From: Candidatus Latescibacterota bacterium
GTDB taxonomy: Bacteria > Latescibacterota > UBA2968
Reading direction: 5' to 3'
Length of the DNA stretch: 64,000 nucleotides
Assembly: GCA_965208125.1 (NCBI GenBank)
Contig: OZ242320.1
Span: 2,208,001-2,272,000, forward strand
Shown piece after piece: positions 1-8,440 of this stretch. The position numbers were made by a program, and so were the translations under genes. Under the pieces are notes generated by a model. It saw nothing but the letters and a program-made list of their open reading frames with translations. It had not been told where the DNA came from and searched no databases. Positions within the stretch are counted from its first letter, which is position 1, and each line of letters starts with the position of its first letter.

Positions 1-2148
1 GTTAAGGCGCAGCACTTCCAGTTGCGTGAGATTGCCCAAGGCTCGCGGCACGGTGCCCGTCAGGTTGTTTGAGGAGAGGTCCAGAGAGGTTAGGTGAACG
101 AGGTCACGGAGTGCAGCCGGAACAAGGCCCGTCAGATTGTTCCCAGAGAGGTCCAGTGCTGTCACCCTGTCGTCGCCGTCAGTCGTGACGCCGTACCACT
201 CTCGAAGCGGTCTGTCCGATCCCCAGTTGTCACGACGCTTCCAATGAGGTCCGCCGACCGCATCAAACAGCGCGACGAGGACATCGCGCTCGGAAAGGGG
301 GGTGCACTCTACCCCCGTGCCTTCGTGCGACGCAGTCATACTCAGCCACGACTGGAAGCCCGGTTCCGCCGGAGCGCACAGATCCGTGCCGTCGTAGCGA
401 AGCACCTGAAATGGCGGGAGATCAGCCAGGCTGTTTGGCAGTCGGTCAGAGAGAGCGGAGTTGCCGCCGATACTGAGTTCGGTCAACCGCACCAGTTCGC
501 CCAGGTTCGACGTGAGGTGTCCAGTTAGCCCGTTTCGGCTGAGGTCAATCGCCGTGACGCGGCCCAGTGAGTTGACCCGAATGCCGCGCCATGCGCCCAG
601 GAAGTCGTCGCTGAGCCAGCCTTCGGCATCGGTCCAGCCCGACCCGCCCGCGCTCTCGTATAGAGACTCGAGCACGGCCCGGTCAGATTCGTTACATAGC
701 GGGCCCTCGGCACGCGTGGTAATCCCCTCAATCCATTCGATGAAGGCAGGGGTCCCCGGCGCACATAGGCCAGCATTGTAGTCAAAATCAAGAAGCCTCA
801 GCGGAAATTCGACGAAGCTGGCAGGCAGGGAGCTCGATAGATTATTTCCGTCTATGAGCAGTCTTTCCAAAGCCTGCAGAGCGCCGAGTTCGAGTGGGAT
901 CGGGCCTGAGAGATTGTTGCTGTAGAGATCAAGTGTCCTGAGGTTGGTGAGGTTGCCAAGTTCGGGTGGGATCGAGCCTGAGAGATTGTTGCCATAGAGA
1001 TCAAGTGTCCTGAGGTTGGTGAGGTTGCCAAGTTCGGGTGGGATCGGACCCGAGAGGCCCCGGACGCCACCTCCGGAAAGGCGCAGATTAGTCAAGTTGA
1101 CCAGGCCACCAAGTTCGGGTGGGATCGGGCCCGAGAGAACGTTTTGGCTGAGATCAAGCATCCTGAGGTTAGTGAGGTTGCCAAGTTCGGGCGGGATCGG
1201 GCCTGAGAGAATGTTCTCCCGGAGTCGTAAGTCTTGCAGTTTGACCAGGCCACCAAGTTCGGGTGGGATCGGGCCTGAGAGAACGTTTTGGCTGAGATAA
1301 AGCATCCTGAGGTTGGTGAGGTTGCCAAGTTCGGGTGGGATGTTACCGAACAGTGCGTTCTGGTAGAGCCTCAGAATCTCGAGTTTTTCCAGATTACCTA
1401 TTTCGGGCGGGATCGGGCCTGAGAGAACGTTTCGGCTGAGATAAAGCATCCTGAGGTTGGTGAGGTTGCCAAGTTCGGGTGGGATGTTACCGAACAGTGC
1501 GTTCTGGTAGAGCCTCAGAATCTCGAGTTTTTCCAGATTACCTATTTCGGGCGGGATCGGGCCTTGCAGGTTGTTATAGCCGAGCAACAGCACTGTCAGG
1601 TTTCCGAGATCGTCGGTATCTACCCCATACCAATCGTCCAGCGGCGCGTCGGTCAGCCAGTTCGTGTTGTTCTTCCAATTGGGGCCGTCCGTCGCGTTAT
1701 ATAGTGCCACCAGCGCGGCTCTGTCCGAAGTTGGTGGTGTCTCACAGGTGGTGCCAAACACGCCGGTAAAGAGCAGAAAATCAGCGATGCCGATCTCTCC
1801 ATTGCCGTCCATATCCATAAGCGCGTTGTAATGGGCATCATCTGAAGATGTGCCAAACACATCGGTAAAGAGCAGAAAATCAGCGATGTTGACCATCCCA
1901 TTACCGTCAAAATCTCCGGGACAGATGGCCGCTTGTTGCGTAAAGGAGAGCACTGCATTGGATACATCCAGATTTTGTACGCTATCCGGGAGGGCTGATC
2001 GGGCAAGTTTGGCCTGATCAGGTGTGACCTTTCCGGGCGACATGCCCTGTACAGAAACCTGGCTCACATATACGAGTAATGCGAGGATCGCAATCAACAA
2101 CAGGCAATATTTTGACGAACGCCTGCGTGCAAATATACGGTGAGACAT
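1..2148 (-). CDS. Secreted leucine-rich-repeat protein with N-terminal dockerin-like EF-hand pair (runs off left edge)
   Basis: Hand translation from ATG 2148 (GGAGG RBS): signal peptide MSHRIFARRRSSKYCLLLIAILALLVYV, GDFDGNGMVNIADF and DMDGNGEIGIADF motifs, LRRNT caps (SDRAALVALYNATDGPNW) and many plant-type LxGxIPxELGNLxxL repeats. Open to position 1, so absent from the ORF track. Confidence 0.9.
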   Translation of the reverse strand, partial: MSHRIFARRRSSKYCLLLIAILALLVYVSQVSVQGMSPGKVTPDQAKLARSALPDSVQNLDVSNAVLSFTQQAAICPGDFDGNGMVNIADFLLFTDVFGTSSDDAHYNALMDMDGNGEIGIADFLLFTGVFGTTCETPPTSDRAALVALYNATDGPNWKNNTNWLTDAPLDDWYGVDTDDLGNLTVLLLGYNNLQGPIPPEIGNLEKLEILRLYQNALFGNIPPELGNLTNLRMLYLSRNVLSGPIPPEIGNLEKLEILRLYQNALFGNIPPELGNLTNLRMLYLSQNVLSGPIPPELGGLVKLQDLRLRENILSGPIPPELGNLTNLRMLDLSQNVLSGPIPPELGGLVNLTNLRLSGGGVRGLSGPIPPELGNLTNLRTLDLYGNNLSGSIPPELGNLTNLRTLDLYSNNLSGPIPLELGALQALERLLIDGNNLSSSLPASFVEFPLRLLDFDYNAGLCAPGTPAFIEWIEGITTRAEGPLCNESDRAVLESLYESAGGSGWTDAEGWLSDDFLGAWRGIRVNSLGRVTAIDLSRNGLTGHLTSNLGELVRLTELSIGGNSALSDRLPNSLADLPPFQVLRYDGTDLCAPAEPGFQSWLSMTASHEGTGVECTPLSERDVLVALFDAVGGPHWKRRDNWGSDRPLREWYGVTTDGDDRVTALDLSGNNLTGLVPAALRDLVHLTSLDLSSNNLTGTVPRALGNLTQLEVLRLN
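1266..1564. repeat. Near-perfect 144-bp tandem duplication (two LRR units) within the LRR gene
   Basis: 1291-1420 is repeated at 1435-1564; related 72-bp units continue to ~900. Confidence 0.85.
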
Positions 2149-2340
2149 CCTTCCTCCGAGTTTGATATAGCAATGGTTCGAACACTTTTTGACAGGTCCT
2201 CAATTAGTCAAAAATCTTGAGGTTCTATAATATATCTGTCGTGAGCGACAATAGATTGGGAACTGCAAGCGGTCAAGTCCATAAGGCTGGCGAGTCAATT
2301 TAATTGAATTGAGCCATCAGCCTTTTTTCTATGCCTCAAT

Positions 2341-2916
2341 TTAAATTTGAATCTCTTTAAAAAAGAATTTAAGTGCATCAGGCCAAAGCAATGCGCCATT
2401 GATACTTCCTACCTGTCCCCAATTCCAGGTTCCAGAATCTTTCCCCGCGCCACCTTGCAAATATAAAAATTCATAGACGTGTTCTCTAAGGCTGTCAAAA
2501 GCATAGAAACGTTGCTTAAAATCGTCGGGGTTTGGGTGGTCAAAATCAACAACAAGGGTTTCAAGTCTAAGTGCGATTGGCGTATAATCTGAAGAATAGG
2601 AATAACCCCATATATCTTTTAACTCATAGAGTGTTACCCTTTCTTTCTCACTTGGCTTTAAATCAATTACAATAGCGTAATCATTAGGCGAGGCGGATTC
2701 ACTCAAATACTGATCTATAGCTGTGCTAAGAAGGTCGTAGTCGCTCAAGTGCCATTCAAAATCACCTTGGTCTTGATTCTCTATCAACTGCCCTGTTTGT
2801 ATTAGAGAATTGTAAATGACATTCTTACCCGCAAGACGGATTCCTTCTTGCCGTATATAACTTGAGGATTCCGCATTGATACGTTCTTTTTGGTATAGAT
2901 AGAATGGCATTAACAT
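2341..2916 (-). CDS. Hypothetical protein (low GC)
   Basis: 191-aa ORF with protein-like composition; no family recognised. Confidence 0.6.
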   Translation of the reverse strand: MLMPFYLYQKERINAESSSYIRQEGIRLAGKNVIYNSLIQTGQLIENQDQGDFEWHLSDYDLLSTAIDQYLSESASPNDYAIVIDLKPSEKERVTLYELKDIWGYSYSSDYTPIALRLETLVVDFDHPNPDDFKQRFYAFDSLREHVYEFLYLQGGAGKDSGTWNWGQVGSINGALLWPDALKFFFKEIQI

Positions 2917-3032
2917 GTCTCTTCATTTTATTTAAAACAGCAATTAAGCCTGAGAATTAAATCAGCCTAACATATTTCGCTATTTTAATGCCAGCACGGA
3001 TCGGCAACAGCATCCAAAGCAGGATAACTTCA

Positions 3033-3343
3033 CTAAAAAGACCGGGCAACGCGAAAACCGAAGAGATAGTTGGACTGGTCTTCGGCAGTAAACCAGAAGC
3101 GAAGCGCAGAACGCAAGGTCCATGGAAAGTAATACCACGAACCACCACGCAACACGCGATAAGAACAATCCCCAGATTCCCACGCAGACCCGTCAATAGG
3201 TGCGTCCCTATAGCTACCATTATAGCAGTCTTGTACCCACTCCCACACATTGCCGTGCATGTCATATAGACCCCATCTATTGGCTCTAAACGATCCCACA
3301 GGTGCTGTCTTCTCACCATCCCACTGACTGCCGCACTCATAGC
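3033..3343 (-). pseudogene. C-terminal fragment of an FGE-sulfatase/CLec-fold protein
   Basis: CYECGSQWDGEKTAPVGSFRANRWGLYDMHGNVWEW...RGGSW...GFRVAR; in-frame stop just upstream and N-terminal part missing. Confidence 0.75.
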
Positions 3344-3387
3344 AAAAAGTCTTGGCACTTCAGGTCGCTCATTGTCAAATTTATACC

Positions 3388-3403
3388 TGCAAAAAGTGTG
3401 CCA
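3388..3403 (-). promoter_or_regulatory. sigma54 (-24/-12) promoter
   Basis: Minus strand TGGCAC-ACTTT-TTGCA matches TGGCAC-N5-TTGCW exactly; divergent from a bEBP gene. Confidence 0.8.
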
Positions 3404-3484
3404 GAGTGAGCGTTGTTCCAAACAACGATACTCGTAAAGGGTTGTTTTATAGCAAAAAAGAGAGCCAATTCTGACTATGGAATA

Positions 3485-3563
3485 AGACGTAATACCGTCT
3501 CAAAACAATTGGATTAGCTCTGATATTAGTCGGTATATCGACTACTGAGTCATTATACCGACC
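3485..3563. promoter_or_regulatory. Three related palindromes, candidate bEBP enhancer (UAS) sites
   Basis: AGACG-N6-CGTCT (3485-3500), AGTCG-N6-CGACT (3528-3543) and AGTCA-N6-CGACC (3548-3563), about 110-185 bp upstream of the predicted sigma54 start. Confidence 0.55.
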
Positions 3564-3685
3564 ACAAACTATATTACATTCGTGATATTTGAATTGGGAT
3601 ATTCGGCAATTATGTTTATTATTTAGTCGCACATGTGAGATACACTATGGATCTGTATTTTTACTCATATCATAAGGTTCTTTCC

Positions 3686-6600
3686 ATGACCAAACCACTT
3701 GACCGCACGGGTACCTGGCGGACTTATTCCATGGCCGATGGCCTGGCAGGGATGCGTATTGAACACATTGCCGAGGACAACGCGGGTTATCTCTGGTTCG
3801 CCACATGGGATAATGGCGTCAGTCGTTTCGATGGGGACGAATTTCAGAATTTTACCAAACAGGACGGTCTTATTGATGATCGTACTTATTTTGTTTCACA
3901 AGACAGTCAGAATCGGTTGTGGATCGGTACAGAAAATGGCGTATGCTGGTACGACGGAGCAGATTTCCACCATTTGGAGGACGAGGGGATTGCAGGTCGT
4001 GCTGTGCAGTTCATTTATGAAGACCGTGAGGATCGTATATGGTGTGGTGGTCACAGGACTATGGGGTATTACGACGGTACATCCTTCCACGATTTGATTA
4101 CGCTCTACCTGAAAGACTACGATAAACCACCTTCTCCTGAGTGGCCCCAGCAATGTCGGGGCATTGTTCAGGATCCGGAAGGCCACATGTGGTTTGGCTT
4201 TGACTACCTCATCCGTTTCGATGGCACATCCTTCCACCGCTATGAAGAGCAAGAGGGTTTTCCTCAACGCCTGACGAGCTATGCCATAGGTCAGGACAAT
4301 ACAGGCAAGGTGTGGGTTGGTCAGAGCGGACAGCAGAACAAACTCTGGTGCTATGCCGATGGCAACTTCCGTTCTGTTCAGGTAGATTTTGAGGGGGGGA
4401 TACGCAAAACTCAAAGTGACCGTGAAGGTCGGATGTGGTTTTGCACTTCAGAAGAGGTGCTCTATCAGGACGGTGAAGGGTTTAGCAGGTTTACCGTTGC
4501 CGATGGATTACCCGATCCCGCAGTTAAAGCCATGTTCCAGGATCGCGATCATCAGTTCTGGTTTGCCACCTGGGGAGGCGTTGGACTTTACGATGCGAGT
4601 ATCAGTATTTTTGACCTCAGTGCGGAGATCTCTAAAGCTAAAGGCGTGAGCGAGATCTCGCAGATTGTGCAAGACCGGAAAGGTGATATATGGGTCGGAT
4701 CCATATCTCCACATTTCACCTATCTAAGTAAAAGCGTCTTTCGCCTGGAGGACGAGCACTTTGAACACGTAAGCACTGAAGATAGCTCTGATATCAACAA
4801 CTGTTACGCCATCTACGAGGATCGCGATGGATGCCTGTGGTTTGGCGGCCGCAATGGCCTGTTCCACTACGAAGGGCAAAAGCTAAAAAGAATAGAAACA
4901 ATTATTGGCTCAGGCAAAAGCAGTGTCAGTGCAATCGCACAGGATTCACAAGGGCAATTCATTTTTGGGCATTGGGAGAGCAATTCTGGAAGAAGAGAAG
5001 CTCTTTTTGTCGATCCATTAAAGATTGTTTACCAGCAAGGCGAGCAGTCCCAAACCATTTATTTTGAAGATAAAGATAAAGATAAAGATCCTTTCAGTCG
5101 TATTGGCACTGTGATTTCTGGGCGCAATGGTGAGGTTTATTTTTATCTTGCGTACCAAAATTTCTCCGATGACTACAAGGGTCTCGCGTGCTGGCATCCC
5201 GAAGATGGTTTCAAATTTTATGGGGGTGAAGATGGGCTGATAGATGATAGGGTCACAGACTTGCTATTAGACCGCAATGGCAACCTGTGGGTCGCTACGA
5301 GAAGCGGTCTGTGTTGCTTTGATGGCAGCACCTTCTGCACCTTCACCACTGAAGACGGCTTGCCGAGCAACCGCATCCATTGTTTACTTGAGGACCGGCA
5401 AGGCCACCTCTGGCTCGGCACAGATGGGGGTGTGGCTCACTACAATGGTCAGCTTTTCCAGACGATCAACTCACCGCATATAGGACCCGTTCTTCAAATA
5501 CTCGAAGATCGCGATGGCGCCTTCTATTTTGGTACCGTCCAAAATTCTCTGGTGCGCTACCGCCCACGACAGATACCACCTGCGGTTCGTCTGCTGCAGG
5601 TCGTTGCCGATCAGATCTATGAGAATTTAGAAGAAGTCATATCGTCCACGACAGACCAGAATGTGACATTCGAGTATAAGGGCCTGAGTTTTTCCACCCA
5701 TCCTCGCGACATGCTCTATGTATATCGCTTGAAAGGATACGACTCTGACTGGCAACCAGCGACCCGAAAGATGCGGGCGCATTACCTGGACCTGCCACCG
5801 GGAGACTATATGTTCCAGGTCAGGGCGATAGATCGCGACCTCAATTACTCAGAGATCGCGCAGGTGCGACTTTCAGTAGAGCCGGATCTGCGTATCGAAG
5901 CCTTTACGGATGTCATCAACCGTCAAGGCAGCCAGAAGTTTATCGGGCATAGCGCGGCTCTGCGCCAGTTTCAAAGCAATCTTGAAAAAATTGCATCTAC
6001 CGATATCACCGTGCTGATTCTGGGCGAAACAGGGGTGGGCAAGGGACTGGCAGCACGGGTGTTACACGCGCTGAGTGCCAATAGCGATGGTCCCTTTATA
6101 GAAGTTAGTTGCGGTGCATTGCCCGGAGCGTTGATCGACAGTGAGTTGTTTGGTCACGAGAAGGGGGCTTTTACCAGCGCAGTGTCCCGTAGATTGGGCA
6201 GGGTAGAACTGGCAAAGGATGGCACACTCTTTCTGGATGAGATTGGCGATATGGCTCTTGAAACGCAGGTCAAGCTGTTGCGCTTGCTGGAAGAGGGCAG
6301 GTTTGAGCGGGTTGGAAGTAGCGAGACACGGATGGCAAAGACGCGCATTGTGGCAGCGACGAATCGCGACTTAAAGGAGATGGTCAGCAGGGGTGATTTC
6401 CGCGCGGACCTCTATTACCGCCTCAATGCCTTTCTGATGTATTTGCCGCCCCTGCGCGAGCGCAAAGAGGATATCCCGGAGTTGGCCGAGTATTTTAAGA
6501 CTCGCATGGCAGCACATTTGGGCAAGCAAATAGCTCCCTTGACAGCAGAGGTTATTGAGGTGCTACAAAGTTACAATTGGCCAGGCAATGTGCGGGAATT

Positions 6601-6913
6601 AGAGCATACCATACAGCGGGCAGTCATCTTGTGTCCTGATTCTCAAATTGGCGTGGGAAATCTCATATTGTATGATTCTCAGATCGAAGATATAACTCAG
6701 GATCACAAGCAGCGCACCTTCTCTGCTTTTCAAGACCGCGAAGTCGTGCCTTTGGAGGAATTTGAACGCCGTTATATCCTCGGTGTGCTCGAAGCCACCA
6801 ACTATCAGATAAAGGGGGCCAGAGGCGCGGCGACGCTGCTGGGATTACCGCCTTCTACACTGTATAGCAAAATGGAAAAATTGGGCATCAAAAAATTAAA
6901 TGAAATTATATAA
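3686..6913 (+). CDS. sigma54-dependent activator with N-terminal two-component-regulator beta-propeller repeats and Y_Y_Y domain
   Basis: Repeated DGL...I.ED..G.LWFGT motifs, YVYRLKGYD..W...Y.DLPPGDY (Y_Y_Y), GETGVGK Walker A, ESELFGHEKGAFTSA-type loop, FLDEIG, WPGNVREL, C-terminal HTH. Start 3686 chosen (track start 3635). Confidence 0.9.
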   Translation: MTKPLDRTGTWRTYSMADGLAGMRIEHIAEDNAGYLWFATWDNGVSRFDGDEFQNFTKQDGLIDDRTYFVSQDSQNRLWIGTENGVCWYDGADFHHLEDEGIAGRAVQFIYEDREDRIWCGGHRTMGYYDGTSFHDLITLYLKDYDKPPSPEWPQQCRGIVQDPEGHMWFGFDYLIRFDGTSFHRYEEQEGFPQRLTSYAIGQDNTGKVWVGQSGQQNKLWCYADGNFRSVQVDFEGGIRKTQSDREGRMWFCTSEEVLYQDGEGFSRFTVADGLPDPAVKAMFQDRDHQFWFATWGGVGLYDASISIFDLSAEISKAKGVSEISQIVQDRKGDIWVGSISPHFTYLSKSVFRLEDEHFEHVSTEDSSDINNCYAIYEDRDGCLWFGGRNGLFHYEGQKLKRIETIIGSGKSSVSAIAQDSQGQFIFGHWESNSGRREALFVDPLKIVYQQGEQSQTIYFEDKDKDKDPFSRIGTVISGRNGEVYFYLAYQNFSDDYKGLACWHPEDGFKFYGGEDGLIDDRVTDLLLDRNGNLWVATRSGLCCFDGSTFCTFTTEDGLPSNRIHCLLEDRQGHLWLGTDGGVAHYNGQLFQTINSPHIGPVLQILEDRDGAFYFGTVQNSLVRYRPRQIPPAVRLLQVVADQIYENLEEVISSTTDQNVTFEYKGLSFSTHPRDMLYVYRLKGYDSDWQPATRKMRAHYLDLPPGDYMFQVRAIDRDLNYSEIAQVRLSVEPDLRIEAFTDVINRQGSQKFIGHSAALRQFQSNLEKIASTDITVLILGETGVGKGLAARVLHALSANSDGPFIEVSCGALPGALIDSELFGHEKGAFTSAVSRRLGRVELAKDGTLFLDEIGDMALETQVKLLRLLEEGRFERVGSSETRMAKTRIVAATNRDLKEMVSRGDFRADLYYRLNAFLMYLPPLRERKEDIPELAEYFKTRMAAHLGKQIAPLTAEVIEVLQSYNWPGNVRELEHTIQRAVILCPDSQIGVGNLILYDSQIEDITQDHKQRTFSAFQDREVVPLEEFERRYILGVLEATNYQIKGARGAATLLGLPPSTLYSKMEKLGIKKLNEII

Positions 6914-6973
6914 TTCCCTAAAGGGATATTGCTCCGTTTCTGTGGACAGATTCCGCTATTCAGCCCGCTACTT

Positions 6974-7288
6974 TTAAACGACCGCTTGTTGCCCTTCCAC
7001 TGGTACGAAATTAATCTCAATCCTTTGATTCAATGCGATCGCGATTCTTTGAAGCATCGTAAAAGAATGCCCTTCATAATCCGCATCTTCGAGCCGTGCA
7101 ATTACGGGCTGTTTTGATCCGATCAATTTTGCCAATTCAGTCTGCGTCAAGCCCGCCATTTTTCTGGCTTCGTATATTAGACGAGCAACTTCTGCGTTGA
7201 CTGTCTCCTCTGCTATCATCTGCTGCAATTCTTCATCATCTCCTGTTACATCATCTATGATTCGATTTGCATCTCTTGTCTTAGCCAT
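6974..7288 (-). CDS. XRE-family HTH protein (HigA-like antitoxin)
   Basis: IYEARKMAGLTQTELAKLIGSKQPVIARLEDADYEGHS is a typical HTH antitoxin paired with Gp49/RelE toxins. Confidence 0.8.
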   Translation of the reverse strand: MAKTRDANRIIDDVTGDDEELQQMIAEETVNAEVARLIYEARKMAGLTQTELAKLIGSKQPVIARLEDADYEGHSFTMLQRIAIALNQRIEINFVPVEGQQAVV

Positions 7289-7361
7289 TGGTCACGTTTC
7301 CTTCAAACAAATGCTGATCAGGATTTGCCTCAAAACTCCTCTTCCGCTCCACTGCGCGATC
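7281..7361 (-). pseudogene. 3' remnant of a RelE/Gp49-like toxin gene
   Basis: DRAVERKRSFEANPDQHLFEGNVTNG* overlaps the HTH start (AATGGCTAA); the rest of the gene is absent. Confidence 0.55.
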
Positions 7362-7441
7362 TTGAGGAGCCGATAAGGTCTGCCTTTCAGGCAGATTACA
7401 ATAAGATGATATAAGTGAGGGGTGTGCATAATTCAAGCCCA

Positions 7442-7600
7442 TTAAGCATGATCATGATACCGCTCGTAGAAATCTTTTATCTTTTTTGGCGTGTTGGGTG
7501 ATTCGCATAGCCCTCGACAGATTCTCTGCAACACATCAGAGGATATATAATGACTACTACCTGAATCGTCAAGTAAGACACATTTCCCTGCAAATGCCAT
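7442..7600 (-). pseudogene. 52-aa ORF, probable internally deleted partner of the Panacea gene
   Basis: MAFAGKCVLLDDSGSSHYISSDVLQRICRGLCESPNTPKKIKDFYERYHDHA*, 14 bp downstream of the Panacea gene. Confidence 0.4.
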
Positions 7601-7614
7601 TATAGTATCGTACC

Positions 7615-8307
7615 TTACTCTCTTGTATTTTCACTCATAGTCGTATTATCAATCATGTTTTCAAACGTTGCTATGGCATTAAACTCTTTTCTTATTGCGA
7701 CTAAGTCATCACCAGTCCACCCCACGGCTTTGAGCAGCTTGTCCCACTCCATCGGCGCAGAAGAGTGACCAGGGTCATCAAATTCTGGCAAAGAATGAAC
7801 ATATTTTTTTAATTCATTAAACGATTTATTTTCAAATTCTTTATATATCTCACGTATTAAATTCATCTCAAATTGGGATAATTCTCCGTCACCTATATCA
7901 TTATTGAGTGACCTGATAATGTTTTTTTTCGGAAGCGAAAAAGACCGAGACCAATACTCCCCGTCCCACGGATTCCAAATCAAATGATAAGTATGACTCG
8001 GTGTAGGTCCCAATGGAAGGTTATAGGGCCGGTCAAACGTCACGGGATGGCCCCTGCGTTTCAACGACTCTCTATCAATAAGATAAATTAGCTTAATTAG
8101 CTTATACAGATCAATTTTACCACCACTATACTTTACTAATAACACTGCAATTTGAGTCGTTTTATGCTCTTTGAATCGAGGGACAGCCATCTCTGAAACT
8201 GATTCCTCGGTAAAAATGGGAGGCTTCATGGTATTGTCCGAGATTATGGTTTGATTTGCAGGTTGTTGTGTTATTGCGATTTGTTTTGATAAAATATCAT
8301 ATCTCAA
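7615..8307 (-). CDS. Panacea (DUF4065/SocA-like) domain antitoxin
   Basis: KLIKLIYLIDRESL..RGHPVTFD..YNLPLGPTPS...L...VH.LPE pattern; the real start is probably a later Met (MKPP or MAVP). Confidence 0.8.
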   Translation of the reverse strand: MRYDILSKQIAITQQPANQTIISDNTMKPPIFTEESVSEMAVPRFKEHKTTQIAVLLVKYSGGKIDLYKLIKLIYLIDRESLKRRGHPVTFDRPYNLPLGPTPSHTYHLIWNPWDGEYWSRSFSLPKKNIIRSLNNDIGDGELSQFEMNLIREIYKEFENKSFNELKKYVHSLPEFDDPGHSSAPMEWDKLLKAVGWTGDDLVAIRKEFNAIATFENMIDNTTMSENTRE

Positions 8308-8411
8308 ATTTTATGCAAGCCTTTAAGCATTTTTTGCATAGTGGATCAGTTGGGCTACCAGAATAATAAAAAACGCGTCGGTTTTTCCGGCGGGCATTGT
8401 TTGTTCTGTTT

Positions 8412-8440
8412 GCGGGCGGGCACGGGGGCACCGCCCCTAC
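8412..8440 (-). repeat. GTAG-family REP palindrome
   Basis: Reverse complement GTAGGGGCGGTGCCCCCGTGCCCGCCCGC; the same sequence occurs at 47790-47818. Confidence 0.85.

Noticed and set aside
890-1564. Regularly spaced repeats resembling a CRISPR array
   Set aside because: The 72-bp period is in frame with LRR coding, there are no unique spacers and no cas genes.
94-2203. Many short track ORFs over the LRR region suggesting a fragmented pseudogene
   Set aside because: A single open minus-strand frame runs from 2148 to the window edge; the listed ORFs are off-frame or antisense shadows.
3355-3370. Plus-strand TGGCAC as a second sigma54 promoter
   Set aside because: The -12 element (GTCGC) does not fit TTGC at the required spacing.
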